DNA of 44,002 nucleotides. Source: a virus. The notes below the pieces were generated by a model. That model made no database searches, was not told where the DNA came from, and was given only the letters and a program-made list of their open reading frames with translations. Positions 7,873 through 18,172 of the stretch are shown here, piece after piece. How positions within the stretch are numbered: the stretch's first letter is position 1; each line of letters begins with the position of its first letter. The translations under genes and the position numbers were made by a program. The DNA is taken from the UHGV virus genome UHGV-0243075; one strand, written 5' to 3'.

Positions 7873-9045
7873 ATGTCAGCGAAAGCTAACTTGATTACAA
7901 CAGAAGATATTCATGTAACGGCTCGGGAATTGGATTTTGTTACCCGGTTTGAAAGAAACTGGCAGCACCTGCGGGATATTCTGGGCATTATGCGCCCGAT
8001 TAAAAAGCAACCCGGCGCTACGCTGAAAAGCAAGTACGCCGAGGGAACGCTGGAAAACGGAAAAGTAGGAGAAGGAGAGGACATCCCTTACAGCAAATTC
8101 GTAGTTAAGGAAAAGGAATACGCAGAAATGACTATCGAAAAATATGCGAAAGCCGTTTCCATCGAGGCAATCAAAGACCACGGATATGAAAATGCTGTGC
8201 AAATGACAGACGATGAATTTTTGTTTCAGCTTCAGTCGAATGTAACAGGGCGATTCTATACATATCTGAACACAGGCACACTTACTGGAACGGAAACTAC
8301 ATTCCAGATGGCCCTTGCTATGGCAAAAGGAATGGTAGAAAACAAATTCAAACAGATGCACCGTAATGTTACGGGGGTGGTTGGATTTGTGAATATTCTG
8401 GATGTATATCAGTACCTGGGTGCCGCTGAAATCACTGTGCAGAATCAGTTTGGTTTCCAGTATCTTAAGGATTTCATGGGATTCAATACAATATTTCTGC
8501 TATCTGATTCTGAAATAGAAAGTGGAAAAGTAATAGCTACACCAGTGGAAAACATTGTAATGTACTATGTTGACCCAAATGAAAGCGATTTTTCACGGGC
8601 TGGTCTGGTATATACTACTGGGGACGGAGAGACAAACCTTATCGGATTCCATACCCAGGGTAATTACAATACCGCTGTTTCCGAAGCATTTGCAATAATG
8701 GGACTTACCTTGTTTGCAGAATATATTGACGGAATCGCGGTTGTTGATATTACTGATAATCCCGTTCTTGGAACACTGACGGTAACTTCTTCGGCCGGAA
8801 GCACATCAGGAAACACAAAATTAACCATTGAACCTTCCCTCGAAACAGGACACATGTACAAGTACAAAGTGGCAGCTGATTCCGCTCCAGAAGTGAAATA
8901 TGGTCAGAATGTAAAGACGTGGACAGCATGGGACGGTAAATCTGATATCAAGGCAACGACCGGGAATCATATCACAGTAGTTGAGTGTGACAATACCTAT
9001 AAGGCGTTGAAATCTGGAAATGACGATGTAACGTCTCACTCTTAA
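7873..9045 (+). CDS. Major capsid protein.
   Basis: 390 aa directly after the scaffold gene, with a strong RBS. Composition and position are typical of siphovirus major capsid proteins. Confidence 0.75.
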   Translation: MSAKANLITTEDIHVTARELDFVTRFERNWQHLRDILGIMRPIKKQPGATLKSKYAEGTLENGKVGEGEDIPYSKFVVKEKEYAEMTIEKYAKAVSIEAIKDHGYENAVQMTDDEFLFQLQSNVTGRFYTYLNTGTLTGTETTFQMALAMAKGMVENKFKQMHRNVTGVVGFVNILDVYQYLGAAEITVQNQFGFQYLKDFMGFNTIFLLSDSEIESGKVIATPVENIVMYYVDPNESDFSRAGLVYTTGDGETNLIGFHTQGNYNTAVSEAFAIMGLTLFAEYIDGIAVVDITDNPVLGTLTVTSSAGSTSGNTKLTIEPSLETGHMYKYKVAADSAPEVKYGQNVKTWTAWDGKSDIKATTGNHITVVECDNTYKALKSGNDDVTSHS

Positions 9046-9062
9046 AGAAAGGAGAATCCGGC

Positions 9063-9557
9063 ATGGCATATGCAGACTATGAGTTTTACACAACAAAATA
9101 CTACGGCAGTTCCATACCGGATTCCCAATCATTTGATAAGCAGGCAGAACGGGCAAGCGACTTTCTTGACATTATAACATTTGAACGATTGGTTGACGGC
9201 CTCCCAGACAATGAACGAGCGCAAACCAAAATCAAGAAAGCCGTATGTGCCTTAGCTGATAAGCTGTATGGTTTGGAACTGGCAGAAAAACAGGCGCTAT
9301 CTGCCGCCGCTGGAAGTATAACCAGCGGGACCGGCGGCGCAACCACAGGTGTTATCACGTCAAAGTCATCCGGTTCCGAATCAATCAGCTATGCATCCCC
9401 GTCTGAAATAGCTAACGGAGCTAAAGCCTGGAGTACTGTATACTCTGCGGCAGGAGATGAACAGGCAACCAATAAACTCCTGTATGATACTGCAAAGGTG
9501 TATCTGATGGGAGTAAGAGATAACGAAGGGACACCGCTTTTATATGCAGGATTGTAA
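9063..9557 (+). CDS. Head-tail connector / DNA-packaging adaptor (gp6-like).
   Basis: N-terminal YADYEFYTTKYYGSSIPD... is typical of head-tail connector family proteins. Position is right after the capsid gene. Confidence 0.55.
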   Translation: MAYADYEFYTTKYYGSSIPDSQSFDKQAERASDFLDIITFERLVDGLPDNERAQTKIKKAVCALADKLYGLELAEKQALSAAAGSITSGTGGATTGVITSKSSGSESISYASPSEIANGAKAWSTVYSAAGDEQATNKLLYDTAKVYLMGVRDNEGTPLLYAGL

Positions 9558-9894
9558 AGTGAACATTCTGGGGACAGAATGGGAAATAAAGTTCGGCGAT
9601 GAAAGTCAATACCCAAACCTAGAAGGAATTGACGGCTATTGCGATTCATCCATAAAAGAAATAGTTGTGAATGACATGAAGAAAAGCGAAGGAAGAACTT
9701 GGGCAAAAGAAAATCTGAAAGAATATCAAAGAATCTGTCTCCGGCATGAGATTATCCATGCGTTTATGGAAGAATCTGGGCTGTCTGGCAATTTTGAGCA
9801 TAAGTCAATAGGGATTGAAGAAACCACGGTTGACTGGTTTGCCATTCAGTTTCCTAAGATTTTCAAAGTATTCAAGGAATTGAATTTACTCTGA
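9544..9894 (+). CDS. Hypothetical head-tail region protein carrying an HExxH motif (LRHEIIHAF).
   Basis: Overlaps the upstream gene. An alternative GTG start at 9559 is possible. Zinc-metallopeptidase-like motif. Confidence 0.45.
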   Translation: MQDCKVNILGTEWEIKFGDESQYPNLEGIDGYCDSSIKEIVVNDMKKSEGRTWAKENLKEYQRICLRHEIIHAFMEESGLSGNFEHKSIGIEETTVDWFAIQFPKIFKVFKELNLL

Positions 9895-9912
9895 TTCCAG
9901 AAAGGATAAGAA

Positions 9913-10176
9913 ATGGATATTACAACATTGGGAACATGTGTAGCTATTGTGGCTCTGAGCTATGTGGTTGGTCTTGGATGCAAGGCTGCAAAGAAAATAC
10001 CGGACGAATGGATTCCGGTTATTATGGCTGTTGTGGGTGGTGTTCTTGGCGCGCTTGGTATGGGAACTATACCAGACTTCCCGGCATCGGACTACATCAC
10101 GGCCGTAGCAGTTGGAGCTATGTCTGGCCTTACGGCTACGGGAATTAACCAGATGTATAAGCAGGCTAAGAAATGA
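9913..10176 (+). CDS. Small 2-3 TM membrane protein, holin-like, in an unusual position.
   Basis: RBS AAAGGATAAG upstream. Three hydrophobic segments and a charged C-terminus (MYKQAKK). Confidence 0.45.
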   Translation: MDITTLGTCVAIVALSYVVGLGCKAAKKIPDEWIPVIMAVVGGVLGALGMGTIPDFPASDYITAVAVGAMSGLTATGINQMYKQAKK

Positions 10177-10442
10177 GTAACTACCGAAACCGCAGAAATT
10201 ATGAAAATCTGGAGCGCCAGATATTTGACGGCGTGGGAAAATACGGAATACCGCAGATAGAACCAGTAACCTACGAGAAAGGCTGTGAATGGATTGGTTT
10301 CAACTATGCCAAGACTTGTAAAGAGCCTGAAAAGAAAGGTGTACATTTCTTCCTTGATGATTACCAATTCAATAGGTTATGGACGGATGTTGACCGATAC
10401 ATACATCGAACAAAGAAAAAAGAAACGCTAATAGGTGATTAA
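10173..10442 (+). CDS. Hypothetical protein.
   Basis: ATGA overlap with the upstream gene. Fills the interval between neighbours. Confidence 0.5.
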   Translation: MSNYRNRRNYENLERQIFDGVGKYGIPQIEPVTYEKGCEWIGFNYAKTCKEPEKKGVHFFLDDYQFNRLWTDVDRYIHRTKKKETLIGD

Positions 10443-10911
10443 TATGTACAATGATACAGTAACAGTATTTAACTACTATGAATCATCCACAACTGGTGTT
10501 GGTATCTGGTATCCCCATGTATTATCTGGCGTTGACCTTAATACTGACAAAGGCGCAATACTAAAAAAGTATGGGCCAGACAGCACGGATAATGCCGAAT
10601 TACACATAGTTTACGAATTACAAGACGGTAAACAGATAATCCGCAATGTAGACGGTAAAGAATTGCCGTGGCTCCCTCCGAAGAAATGGAGGCGGCAGGT
10701 AAATGATTTGTTGGACGATACCATTACCTTTGATGCATCGGATGATTGTTTTTTCTGGGAAGGGGTATGGGATAGTGGTTCGGTAAACGATGAAGATTAT
10801 CGTGGCGGGTTTTATGCCTATATGAATAATCAGTATGACTTCGTATATTTGGTATCCTCTGTTGGAGGTCCATACTCTGTGATTCCTCACTTTGAGATAT
10901 TGGGGAAATAA
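10435..10911 (+). CDS. Head-tail joining / minor capsid-type protein.
   Basis: Position and size in the head-completion module. An alternative start at 10444 is possible. Confidence 0.5.
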   Translation: MINMYNDTVTVFNYYESSTTGVGIWYPHVLSGVDLNTDKGAILKKYGPDSTDNAELHIVYELQDGKQIIRNVDGKELPWLPPKKWRRQVNDLLDDTITFDASDDCFFWEGVWDSGSVNDEDYRGGFYAYMNNQYDFVYLVSSVGGPYSVIPHFEILGK

Positions 10912-10912
10912 T

Positions 10913-11404
10913 ATGGCAAGCAAAACAACACATTTTAAAGGCTTTTCCGTTGTTGATGGAGAGATAAAGATTACGCTCAAATTATCCCGGTTTGATAAAC
11001 AATTTCAGCATGCTCAATATGAGCTTGACGGAAATGTAATGAATAGTATGGTTCCTTTCATGCCTATGATTACAGGCGATTTTGTGGATGTTACCAGGGC
11101 CGCAAGTGCTGCAATACAAGGGATTGGAAAAGTGTATGCTGCCTATGGACCTGCTGGTCGTTTTTTATATCAGGGTAAAACTATGGTTAGCGCTGTTACT
11201 GGTAGTACCTGGGCTACAAAGGGTACTAAAAAGGTATTAGTAAGCCAATATGGAGGAAAAACCAAAGCAAAAGAGGATTTACAGTATACAAAAACAGCGC
11301 ATCCTAAGGCGCAGGCTAAATGGTTTGATGCAGCCAAAAAAGCAGACGGTAAATCATGGATAAAGCAAGCCAAGAAAACGGCTGGAGGTGGAAAGCGTGG
11401 ATGA
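10913..11404 (+). CDS. Head-tail adaptor / tail completion protein.
   Basis: Lys-rich C-terminus. Tight operon packing. The likely start is MASKTTHF. Confidence 0.45.
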   Translation: MASKTTHFKGFSVVDGEIKITLKLSRFDKQFQHAQYELDGNVMNSMVPFMPMITGDFVDVTRAASAAIQGIGKVYAAYGPAGRFLYQGKTMVSAVTGSTWATKGTKKVLVSQYGGKTKAKEDLQYTKTAHPKAQAKWFDAAKKADGKSWIKQAKKTAGGGKRG

Positions 11405-11903
11405 TGAACGAAAACCAATCGGAAAAGATGCAAGCGGTTATGATGTATTAACGACCGCGGTAAAGGCTTTGCTTAATCAATTTCCAGGTTTATATGAATA
11501 TGAAGCTGTTAAATTTGAAGAACTAGAAAAAGATTACGGAATTGCATTTTCGGCAGATAACGGAGCTTTAATCTTTTCTGAAACAGAGGACGTGATTGGA
11601 GGAGTTCACCAGACCTGCCAGTATCCTTTCTATATTATATACCGTACATCATCCACAAAAGAGCGCCAGAAAATGAGCATACAGGAATTTCTTGATACAT
11701 TTGGAAAGTGGTTATGCCGGGAGCCGGTTGTGATTGATGGGAGTGAGCAACGATTATCAAATTATCCCACATTATCCCAGGGAAGGAAGATAACCAAAGT
11801 TACCCGTGATAACTCTTATGGCCTGGAACCGCAGGAAAGTGGTGTGCAGGATTGGATACTTCCAGTATCGATAGAATATAAATATGATTTTGAAAGATGG
11901 TAG
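11388..11903 (+). CDS. Tail terminator / minor capsid-type protein.
   Basis: GTG starts at 11388 or 11397, with a GGAGGTG RBS. Position is just before the major tail gene. Confidence 0.5.
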   Translation: MESVDDERKPIGKDASGYDVLTTAVKALLNQFPGLYEYEAVKFEELEKDYGIAFSADNGALIFSETEDVIGGVHQTCQYPFYIIYRTSSTKERQKMSIQEFLDTFGKWLCREPVVIDGSEQRLSNYPTLSQGRKITKVTRDNSYGLEPQESGVQDWILPVSIEYKYDFERW

Positions 11904-11921
11904 AGCCAGACGCTAAGACGC

Positions 11922-11950
11922 AGAGCCTTGTGTGATGGCTCTATTTTTAT
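11922..11950 (+). terminator. Rho-independent terminator preceded by a conserved 27-mer (11901-11927) that is also found at 6984-7009.
   Basis: Hairpin agagcc-ttgtgtgat-ggctct followed by atttttat. Confidence 0.5.
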
Positions 11951-11967
11951 TTGAAAGGAGAAAGACA

Positions 11968-12495
11968 GTGGCAACATGGACTTATGCCGATGGAGAGGCA
12001 AAAAGAAAAGACTTTATGGTCTTTTGGATAACTGATGGAAGTACCACAAATATCACAAAAGATAAACTTGAGATTATTGGAAAAGGCGTTGAAGATATGC
12101 CGATTTCGATGAATCCAGAGACGGAAGAAAGCCAGGATGTGCTTGGAAATAATAACTATGACATCACCGGCTATGCAGAAAGCATGACAGTGGACCCAAC
12201 CAATGTATCTGGAGAAAGTAAATACGCTCAGAAGATAGATACGCTCATGGAAGAAAGGGCAACTCTGTCAGATTTGAGATTGAAATATCTCTGTGTAAAG
12301 CGATACAAAACCGATAGTACCGGAAATATGCGTGCATGGGTGCAGGAGGGTGTTGTTGAGTTGGGAGACTTTGCAGGAGGCCTGAAAGGTGTTTCTGCAA
12401 CGCATACGGTGCACTATGTAGGTGATAGGACTCTTGGCGCTGTAAACCCTACAACGATGACTTTTACGGCTGATGGAGCTTCTTTGTCAGAGTAA
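11968..12495 (+). CDS. Major tail protein.
   Basis: GTG start 6 nt after an AAAGGAG RBS. About 176 aa. Sits after a terminator/promoter break, typical for a highly expressed major tail protein. Confidence 0.65.
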   Translation: MATWTYADGEAKRKDFMVFWITDGSTTNITKDKLEIIGKGVEDMPISMNPETEESQDVLGNNNYDITGYAESMTVDPTNVSGESKYAQKIDTLMEERATLSDLRLKYLCVKRYKTDSTGNMRAWVQEGVVELGDFAGGLKGVSATHTVHYVGDRTLGAVNPTTMTFTADGASLSE

Positions 12496-12508
12496 AGGAG
12501 GATAAATT

Positions 12509-12979
12509 ATGCCTAATATTCCAATAAATATTGAAAGCCCAGTTAAATACTATGATTTTACGGACCAGCATGGAGATGTGCTGGCAACTTTCAAATTTGT
12601 TCCAACCGACCTTGACATATTCGAGCGGCAGCAGAATGTGTATAAAGCATTCGAGGATATGTGGATGGAATTAAAAACAACTCTTGATAACAAGAAGAAG
12701 GAAGAAATGTCGTTAGAGATAATTAATAAATATGCAAAGTCGCTTCAGGAAAAATTTGATTATCTATTTAACGCAGACACTTCTGGCTTCTTCAAAATCG
12801 CCAGTCCATTTACCCCTATGGAAAATGGCGACCCTTGGGCGCTGGTGATACTTGAGAGCGTTAAAAAAATTATAGAGCAGGAAACGGGTAAAAATTTCAC
12901 GGAAATGGAAAGTAAAGCCGGGAAATATACACAACAGTATAATGCTGGTCCTGGAAAATATCCATTTCCTGTTAAATGA
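12509..12979 (+). CDS. Tail assembly chaperone (gpG-like).
   Basis: First of two ORFs between the major tail gene and the tape measure gene. Strong RBS AAAGGAGG. Confidence 0.6.
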   Translation: MPNIPINIESPVKYYDFTDQHGDVLATFKFVPTDLDIFERQQNVYKAFEDMWMELKTTLDNKKKEEMSLEIINKYAKSLQEKFDYLFNADTSGFFKIASPFTPMENGDPWALVILESVKKIIEQETGKNFTEMESKAGKYTQQYNAGPGKYPFPVK

Positions 12980-13533
12980 GTGCAGCGTGGTCCCTCCCAT
13001 ATTCTCTCTCTGTTAATGGGGTAAATTATGAAATTCGTGAGGACTTCCGGGCAATATTAGATATTTTATCAGCCTTTGCGGATGAAGAATTGTCTGACCC
13101 AGAGAAAACACAAGCAATGCTTGAAATTCTTTACTGGCCCGTTATCCCGCCTCCGCAGGATTTAACAGAAGCGGCAGAAAAAGCATTATGGTTTATCGAC
13201 TGTGGTGTGGTGCATGAAGATACTCCATCACCGCGCGTAATTGACTGGGAACAGGACGCAGGAATTATTTTCCCGGCGGTTAACAGGATTGCAGGGTTTG
13301 AAACACGCGGATGCCAGATAATCCATTGGTGGACTTTCTACGGATGGTTCATGGAAATTGGGGACGGATTGTTTTCTCAGGTTCTTTCTATCCGGCAGAA
13401 ACTGTCAAAAGGGAAGCGCTTAGAAAAGTGGGAGCAGGAGTTTTTACAGAACAATAAAAAGCTATGTGAACTTGAAAAATCCACTGACAAATCTAAAGAA
13501 GAATTTGATTATTTTGCAGAGTTGCTAAAGTGA
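12976..13533 (+). CDS. Tail assembly protein (second chaperone ORF, gpT-like position).
   Basis: ATGA overlap with the upstream chaperone ORF. Position immediately upstream of the tape measure gene. Confidence 0.55.
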   Translation: MSAAWSLPYSLSVNGVNYEIREDFRAILDILSAFADEELSDPEKTQAMLEILYWPVIPPPQDLTEAAEKALWFIDCGVVHEDTPSPRVIDWEQDAGIIFPAVNRIAGFETRGCQIIHWWTFYGWFMEIGDGLFSQVLSIRQKLSKGKRLEKWEQEFLQNNKKLCELEKSTDKSKEEFDYFAELLK

Positions 13534-13534
13534 G

Positions 13535-15967
13535 GTGATATCTTTGCAACCTGATGGAACTGTATTAATAGATACTAAAATCAAAACGGATGGTGCAAAA
13601 ACAGGAAGCGAAGATATCAAAAGGACGCTATCCGGCACAATGGATTATATAAAATTGCTACCTCAGGCTTTTAAGGATATTCCGGGCATTATGAAACATA
13701 CATTTTCATCTGCTTCTAAATCCATACAAAGTCTTGCTCCAAGTGTACGCAATTTGCAAGATGAGGTGGACCAATATAAAGATGCATTGTATTACGCTGA
13801 AAAGGCTGGTTATGGACTTGGCGATGCGCCATATGACAAGGCATTAGCAGGATTGCAGCGGGCTAAAAAAGCAATGCAGGATTACAAGAAAAAGTTGCTC
13901 GGTGTTGATAATGAACAAAAGAAGGCAAGCAAAAGTGGAAGTAAGCTCAATAAATCATTAAAAGGTACTGAGAAAGCATCCCGTGGCGCACGAATTGGAT
14001 TGGGCCGAATGCTTGCAACATCTATCTTATTTAGCACTGTATTCCGTGCCATTTCCGCAGTAACGGGCGGACTTAAAGAGGGAATGGATAATCTGGCCCA
14101 GTATTCTGATGATACCAATAAAGCGTTATCCATATTGATGTCCAGTATGACCCAGCTTAAAAATTCTTTTGCTACAGCCTTTTCCCCATTGGTTGAGTAC
14201 GCGGCCCCGGCCCTGGCACAGTTCATCAATTTGCTATCCCAGGCAGTCACCTGGACAGCGCAACTGCTGGCAGCATTAACCGGAAAGGATACATTTGTTA
14301 AAGCGGTTAAGGTACAGCAAGATTATGCTGATAGCCTGGACAAGACGAAGGATGAAACCAAAGATGCAGCCAAAGAAACAGAAAAAGCATTAGCGCCATT
14401 TGATAAGCTGATACAGATTACAACTGGAAAGAAAAAAAGCGAAGATAAGAACGAGCTTAAACCAGAGGATATGTTTACCACGGAAGAAGTATCCAATGAT
14501 ATTAAGCTACAGGCAGAGGCTATAAAGAATACGCTTGGGAAACTGTTCGACCCGCTTAAAGAATCATGGCTTGAAAATGGCCCACAGGTAATGAGTTCGT
14601 TGCAAAATACATTTTCTGCTATTAAACAGCTTGCAAGTGATGTAGGCTCATCGTTTATGCAGGTGTGGAATGTAGAAGGATATGGGAAAGCAATCACGGA
14701 TGATTTACTAATTACTTTTGCAAATCTGGTTGATACAGTTGGTAATCTAGTTACAAACTTTGATAAGGCGTGGGTATCTGGAGATACTGGAACAAACATT
14801 TTAAGGCACCTTGGGGATATTATTCTTGAAATAACAGGATTTTTCCGTCAAGCATCAGAAAGTTTAAAAGAATGGTCTGCGGATTTGGATTTTTCACCTT
14901 TGCTGGAAAGCTTTGACAGGATTTTGATTGCTGTAAAACCTATTGTATCAGATGTTGGAAACTTGATATTGTGGTTTCTTAACAATGTACTACTTCCAAT
15001 CGCAAAATGGGGAGTAGAGCAAGCGTTGCCAACTGTATTTGATTTAATTGCAGCAGCCCTGAAAGCAATACATAGTGTGATTGATGCACTGAAGCCATTG
15101 GGAATATGGTTATGGGAAGAATTTTTACAGCCATTAGGAGAGTGGACCGGAGCAGTTATCATAGCTGCATTAGAAAAAGTTGTTGAATGGTTGACTAAAT
15201 TTTCGGATTGGGTAAGTCAAAACCAGACATTGGTGGAAAATATTACACTTGCAGTGCTGGCATTTTTTGCGGCGTGGAAAGTCACGACATTAGTAATGAA
15301 TATCTCATCAATGATTAGTAGCATAATGAATTTAATTACAATAGCATTAAATCCGCTTAATTTAATATTTTTAGCTATTGTAGCAGTAATTGCAGCGGTT
15401 ATATATATAGCAGCACAAGTAGCTAAAGCATGGGATAAAATGACACCAGGAGAACAATTGGCAGCCAAAATTATTGCAGTTGCTGGAGCTATTGCTTTAG
15501 TAGTAGCCGCGATTGGAGCGTTTTTACATGACCCATCAATGCTATTAATTGCAGGAGCAATTGCGGCGATAGCTGGATTTACAGAATTAGGGATTGCATC
15601 ATCTGCAATGAAGCGTGGCAATTCACATTCTGGTGGAGGTAGGCCATTTAATTCAATGTCTGCCTATGCAGCAGTTCCATATAGAATGCCAATGCTTGCA
15701 ACTGGTACAGTAGTGCCACCACGGGCCGGAATGTTTGCTGCTATCCTGGGAGATAACAACCGTGAAACGGAAGTAGTGTCTCCGCTATCAACTATGAAGC
15801 AAGCTCTTAAGGAAGCACTGGCAGAAAGCAATATATCAAGCGGAAACCAGATTGCTAAAGCAGAGCTAATACTTGATGGTACAAGATTTGGTCAGCTTGT
15901 AGTCAAATTCGGAAACAACGAAAAGAATCGTGTAGGTGTAAGAATGGTGACGGAGGGCAGCGTATAA
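13535..15967 (+). CDS. Tail tape measure protein.
   Basis: 810 aa. Coiled-coil N-terminal half and a hydrophobic TM-like cluster in the C-terminal third. Canonical position. Confidence 0.85.
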   Translation: MISLQPDGTVLIDTKIKTDGAKTGSEDIKRTLSGTMDYIKLLPQAFKDIPGIMKHTFSSASKSIQSLAPSVRNLQDEVDQYKDALYYAEKAGYGLGDAPYDKALAGLQRAKKAMQDYKKKLLGVDNEQKKASKSGSKLNKSLKGTEKASRGARIGLGRMLATSILFSTVFRAISAVTGGLKEGMDNLAQYSDDTNKALSILMSSMTQLKNSFATAFSPLVEYAAPALAQFINLLSQAVTWTAQLLAALTGKDTFVKAVKVQQDYADSLDKTKDETKDAAKETEKALAPFDKLIQITTGKKKSEDKNELKPEDMFTTEEVSNDIKLQAEAIKNTLGKLFDPLKESWLENGPQVMSSLQNTFSAIKQLASDVGSSFMQVWNVEGYGKAITDDLLITFANLVDTVGNLVTNFDKAWVSGDTGTNILRHLGDIILEITGFFRQASESLKEWSADLDFSPLLESFDRILIAVKPIVSDVGNLILWFLNNVLLPIAKWGVEQALPTVFDLIAAALKAIHSVIDALKPLGIWLWEEFLQPLGEWTGAVIIAALEKVVEWLTKFSDWVSQNQTLVENITLAVLAFFAAWKVTTLVMNISSMISSIMNLITIALNPLNLIFLAIVAVIAAVIYIAAQVAKAWDKMTPGEQLAAKIIAVAGAIALVVAAIGAFLHDPSMLLIAGAIAAIAGFTELGIASSAMKRGNSHSGGGRPFNSMSAYAAVPYRMPMLATGTVVPPRAGMFAAILGDNNRETEVVSPLSTMKQALKEALAESNISSGNQIAKAELILDGTRFGQLVVKFGNNEKNRVGVRMVTEGSV

Positions 15968-16377
15968 TGGCACGGAATGGAAACGGAGTATTTACCATAG
16001 ACGGAGTTAATCTCCGCCTATGGGTAAAATCCTTAAAGCGAAATTTTTCAGTCGCAGATAGTGAAAATTCTGGACGTTTGCAGTCTTACCGGATGCACCG
16101 TGATATCATTGGTACATTTTATAATTACACCCTCGATATTGATGCAGAAAGAAGTAACCCAGCTGACTATGATACATTTTATGAAATTATCTCCGCTCCG
16201 GTCGAGTCTCATAATATGGTATTCCCATACGGTCAAGTTACCAAAGAGTTTGAAGCATACATAACAAGCGGGGATGATGATTTAAAAATCAACAAGAACG
16301 GAAAAGAAGGTGAGCGTAACCATTGGACTGGGTTATCCATTACCTTTACCGCTATGGAGCCGCAGAGGAGGCCGTGA
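15967..16377 (+). CDS. Distal tail protein-like small tail component.
   Basis: Start overlaps the tape measure gene stop. Position where Dit is expected, but small (136 aa). Confidence 0.45.
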   Translation: MARNGNGVFTIDGVNLRLWVKSLKRNFSVADSENSGRLQSYRMHRDIIGTFYNYTLDIDAERSNPADYDTFYEIISAPVESHNMVFPYGQVTKEFEAYITSGDDDLKINKNGKEGERNHWTGLSITFTAMEPQRRP

Positions 16378-16378
16378 T

Positions 16379-18172
16379 GTGTTTTTAAAGCAATCCATAT
16401 TATCTGACGCAGAACAGAATACTGAGGGATTAAAGATTGTTTATGACGACTTGGCCCCTTATGCCAAAGAAAATAGTACAGCATCCATTACAAGGCCTGG
16501 ATTAAGACCGAGAATAGGGCTTCATCCAGGCCCTGGTTTACATCCGCATGGGACAATAATAGAGCAGGAATTTCCAGAATTAAAGCGAGATGATATTTCT
16601 TATCCCGGATATGCTCTATGCTTTCCACGGTTTTCTCTGCTTAATGGAAAGTATATCAATTTTCCAGATAATCCACTTCCGTATGGATATATAAGTCCAG
16701 AAGTATCAAATGAACAAGGATTGTTCGGATATGTTAAGCAAAGCCAAGGACTTAAGCCCCAAATAGGTTTGCATCCAGGAATGTTTTTATATCCTAAATC
16801 AACAACTGAAAAGATAATTGAATCCCCCATGCTTACAGTAACCTTTAATCAAAAATTCACCAGTGTAGGATTGCTCTTTACTTTTAATATGATGTCTGGA
16901 GATTATTGTACACGAATGAGAGTAAAGTGGTACGCGGATAATAACCTCTTGTCAGATATGGAGTTTTCCCCGGATTCAGTTAGATATTTTTGTAATAATT
17001 ATGTGAGAGGATATAACAAACTGGAAATCACGTTTTTGCAGACATCAAAACCCATAAGGCCAGTATTTGTTACCAGAATAGATTATGGTATATACCGTGA
17101 TTTTCTAGATAACGAATTATTGGAAAAAAACTGTTTGCAAGAAATCAATGCAATATCAGAAAGCATAAGTATTAACACATTAAATTTCACGGTCAGGACA
17201 ACATCCAATATACCGTTTGATTTACAGAAAAAGCAGAAACTTACTTTATATTTCAACGGTGAGCTTATAGGAAATTTTTATCTTAAAAACGGTGCCAGGA
17301 AAAACAAAACGGATTACCATATGGACGCGCATGATGCAGTGGGCGTATTGGATGGCAATGAATTCGCTGGAGGAATATATACAGGCCAGCCGGTTTCTGA
17401 AGTATTAGAGAAAATATTTGAGAATGAAGATTTTAATTATTTGTTGGATGAATCATTTTCAGATATTCCTCTTTATGGATACATACCATATACCACAAAA
17501 AGAAACGCATTAGTATACATATGCTTTGCTATTGGAGCTATTGCAGATACAAGCAATTACGATGGAATTGTTATCTATCCGCAAGAAAATGCTTTGAGTG
17601 GTGAATTTTTGAATGATGAAGTATTTTCTGGGGTTACATTGGAGCATTCTGATATTGTCACTGGAATCCGGCTAACAGTTCATACATATCAAAAATCGGA
17701 TGAGGCACAAGAACTATATAATGATACTTTGAATGGAACAGCAGAGGTTATTTTTAGTGAGCCTTATCATAGTCTGGAGATAACTGGCGGAACCATTGGT
17801 CAGTTTGGTGATAACTATGCTTACATAACCGGAACCGGTGTAAATGTAATACTAACCGGAAAGAAATACAACCATCTTACCACATCAATACTTAAAGAGA
17901 ATCCCGATATTGTGTTTAACAAAAATATTCGCGAAGTAACAGATGCAACGTTGGTGAACAATGGTAATGCTCAGCAAGTGCTTGAACGTGTATATGCATA
18001 TTATCAGCGAGCAGAAAATGTTGTGGGAGATGTACTTATTGGAAACAAAAAATTGGGACAGAAAGTTAAGATTGATACAGATTACGATGGATACCGCACC
18101 GGTATCATTGAGAGCTACAATTATAGTTTTTCTCCAAACGAAATTAAGGCAGAGGTAAAAATACATGAGTAA
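16379..18172 (+). CDS. Tail tip / tail-associated (Tal-like) protein.
   Basis: GTG at 16379 just after the upstream TGA, with an AGAGGAGG RBS. About 597 aa. Internal repeated motif GL(R/K)P(R/Q)IGLHPG. Confidence 0.6.
   Translation: MFLKQSILSDAEQNTEGLKIVYDDLAPYAKENSTASITRPGLRPRIGLHPGPGLHPHGTIIEQEFPELKRDDISYPGYALCFPRFSLLNGKYINFPDNPLPYGYISPEVSNEQGLFGYVKQSQGLKPQIGLHPGMFLYPKSTTEKIIESPMLTVTFNQKFTSVGLLFTFNMMSGDYCTRMRVKWYADNNLLSDMEFSPDSVRYFCNNYVRGYNKLEITFLQTSKPIRPVFVTRIDYGIYRDFLDNELLEKNCLQEINAISESISINTLNFTVRTTSNIPFDLQKKQKLTLYFNGELIGNFYLKNGARKNKTDYHMDAHDAVGVLDGNEFAGGIYTGQPVSEVLEKIFENEDFNYLLDESFSDIPLYGYIPYTTKRNALVYICFAIGAIADTSNYDGIVIYPQENALSGEFLNDEVFSGVTLEHSDIVTGIRLTVHTYQKSDEAQELYNDTLNGTAEVIFSEPYHSLEITGGTIGQFGDNYAYITGTGVNVILTGKKYNHLTTSILKENPDIVFNKNIREVTDATLVNNGNAQQVLERVYAYYQRAENVVGDVLIGNKKLGQKVKIDTDYDGYRTGIIESYNYSFSPNEIKAEVKIHE

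Noticed and set aside
9936-10148. Alternative-frame 70-aa ORF overlapping the holin-like gene
   Set aside because: It has a Trp/Cys/Gly-rich composition typical of an off-frame artefact. The in-frame TM protein has an RBS and a coherent TM topology.
13882-15621. Four minus-strand ORFs (122-158 aa) inside the tape measure gene
   Set aside because: They are antisense to a long, well-supported + strand gene. They have hydrophobic, low-complexity compositions typical of antisense frames of Ala/Leu-rich coding sequence. No RBS or operon logic supports them.
16310-16378. ORF-track start at 16310 for the tail-tip gene, which would make a 68-nt out-of-frame overlap with the upstream gene
   Set aside because: A GTG at 16379 sits directly after the upstream stop, with an AGAGGAGG RBS 7 nt upstream. 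The upstream extension is probably not translated.
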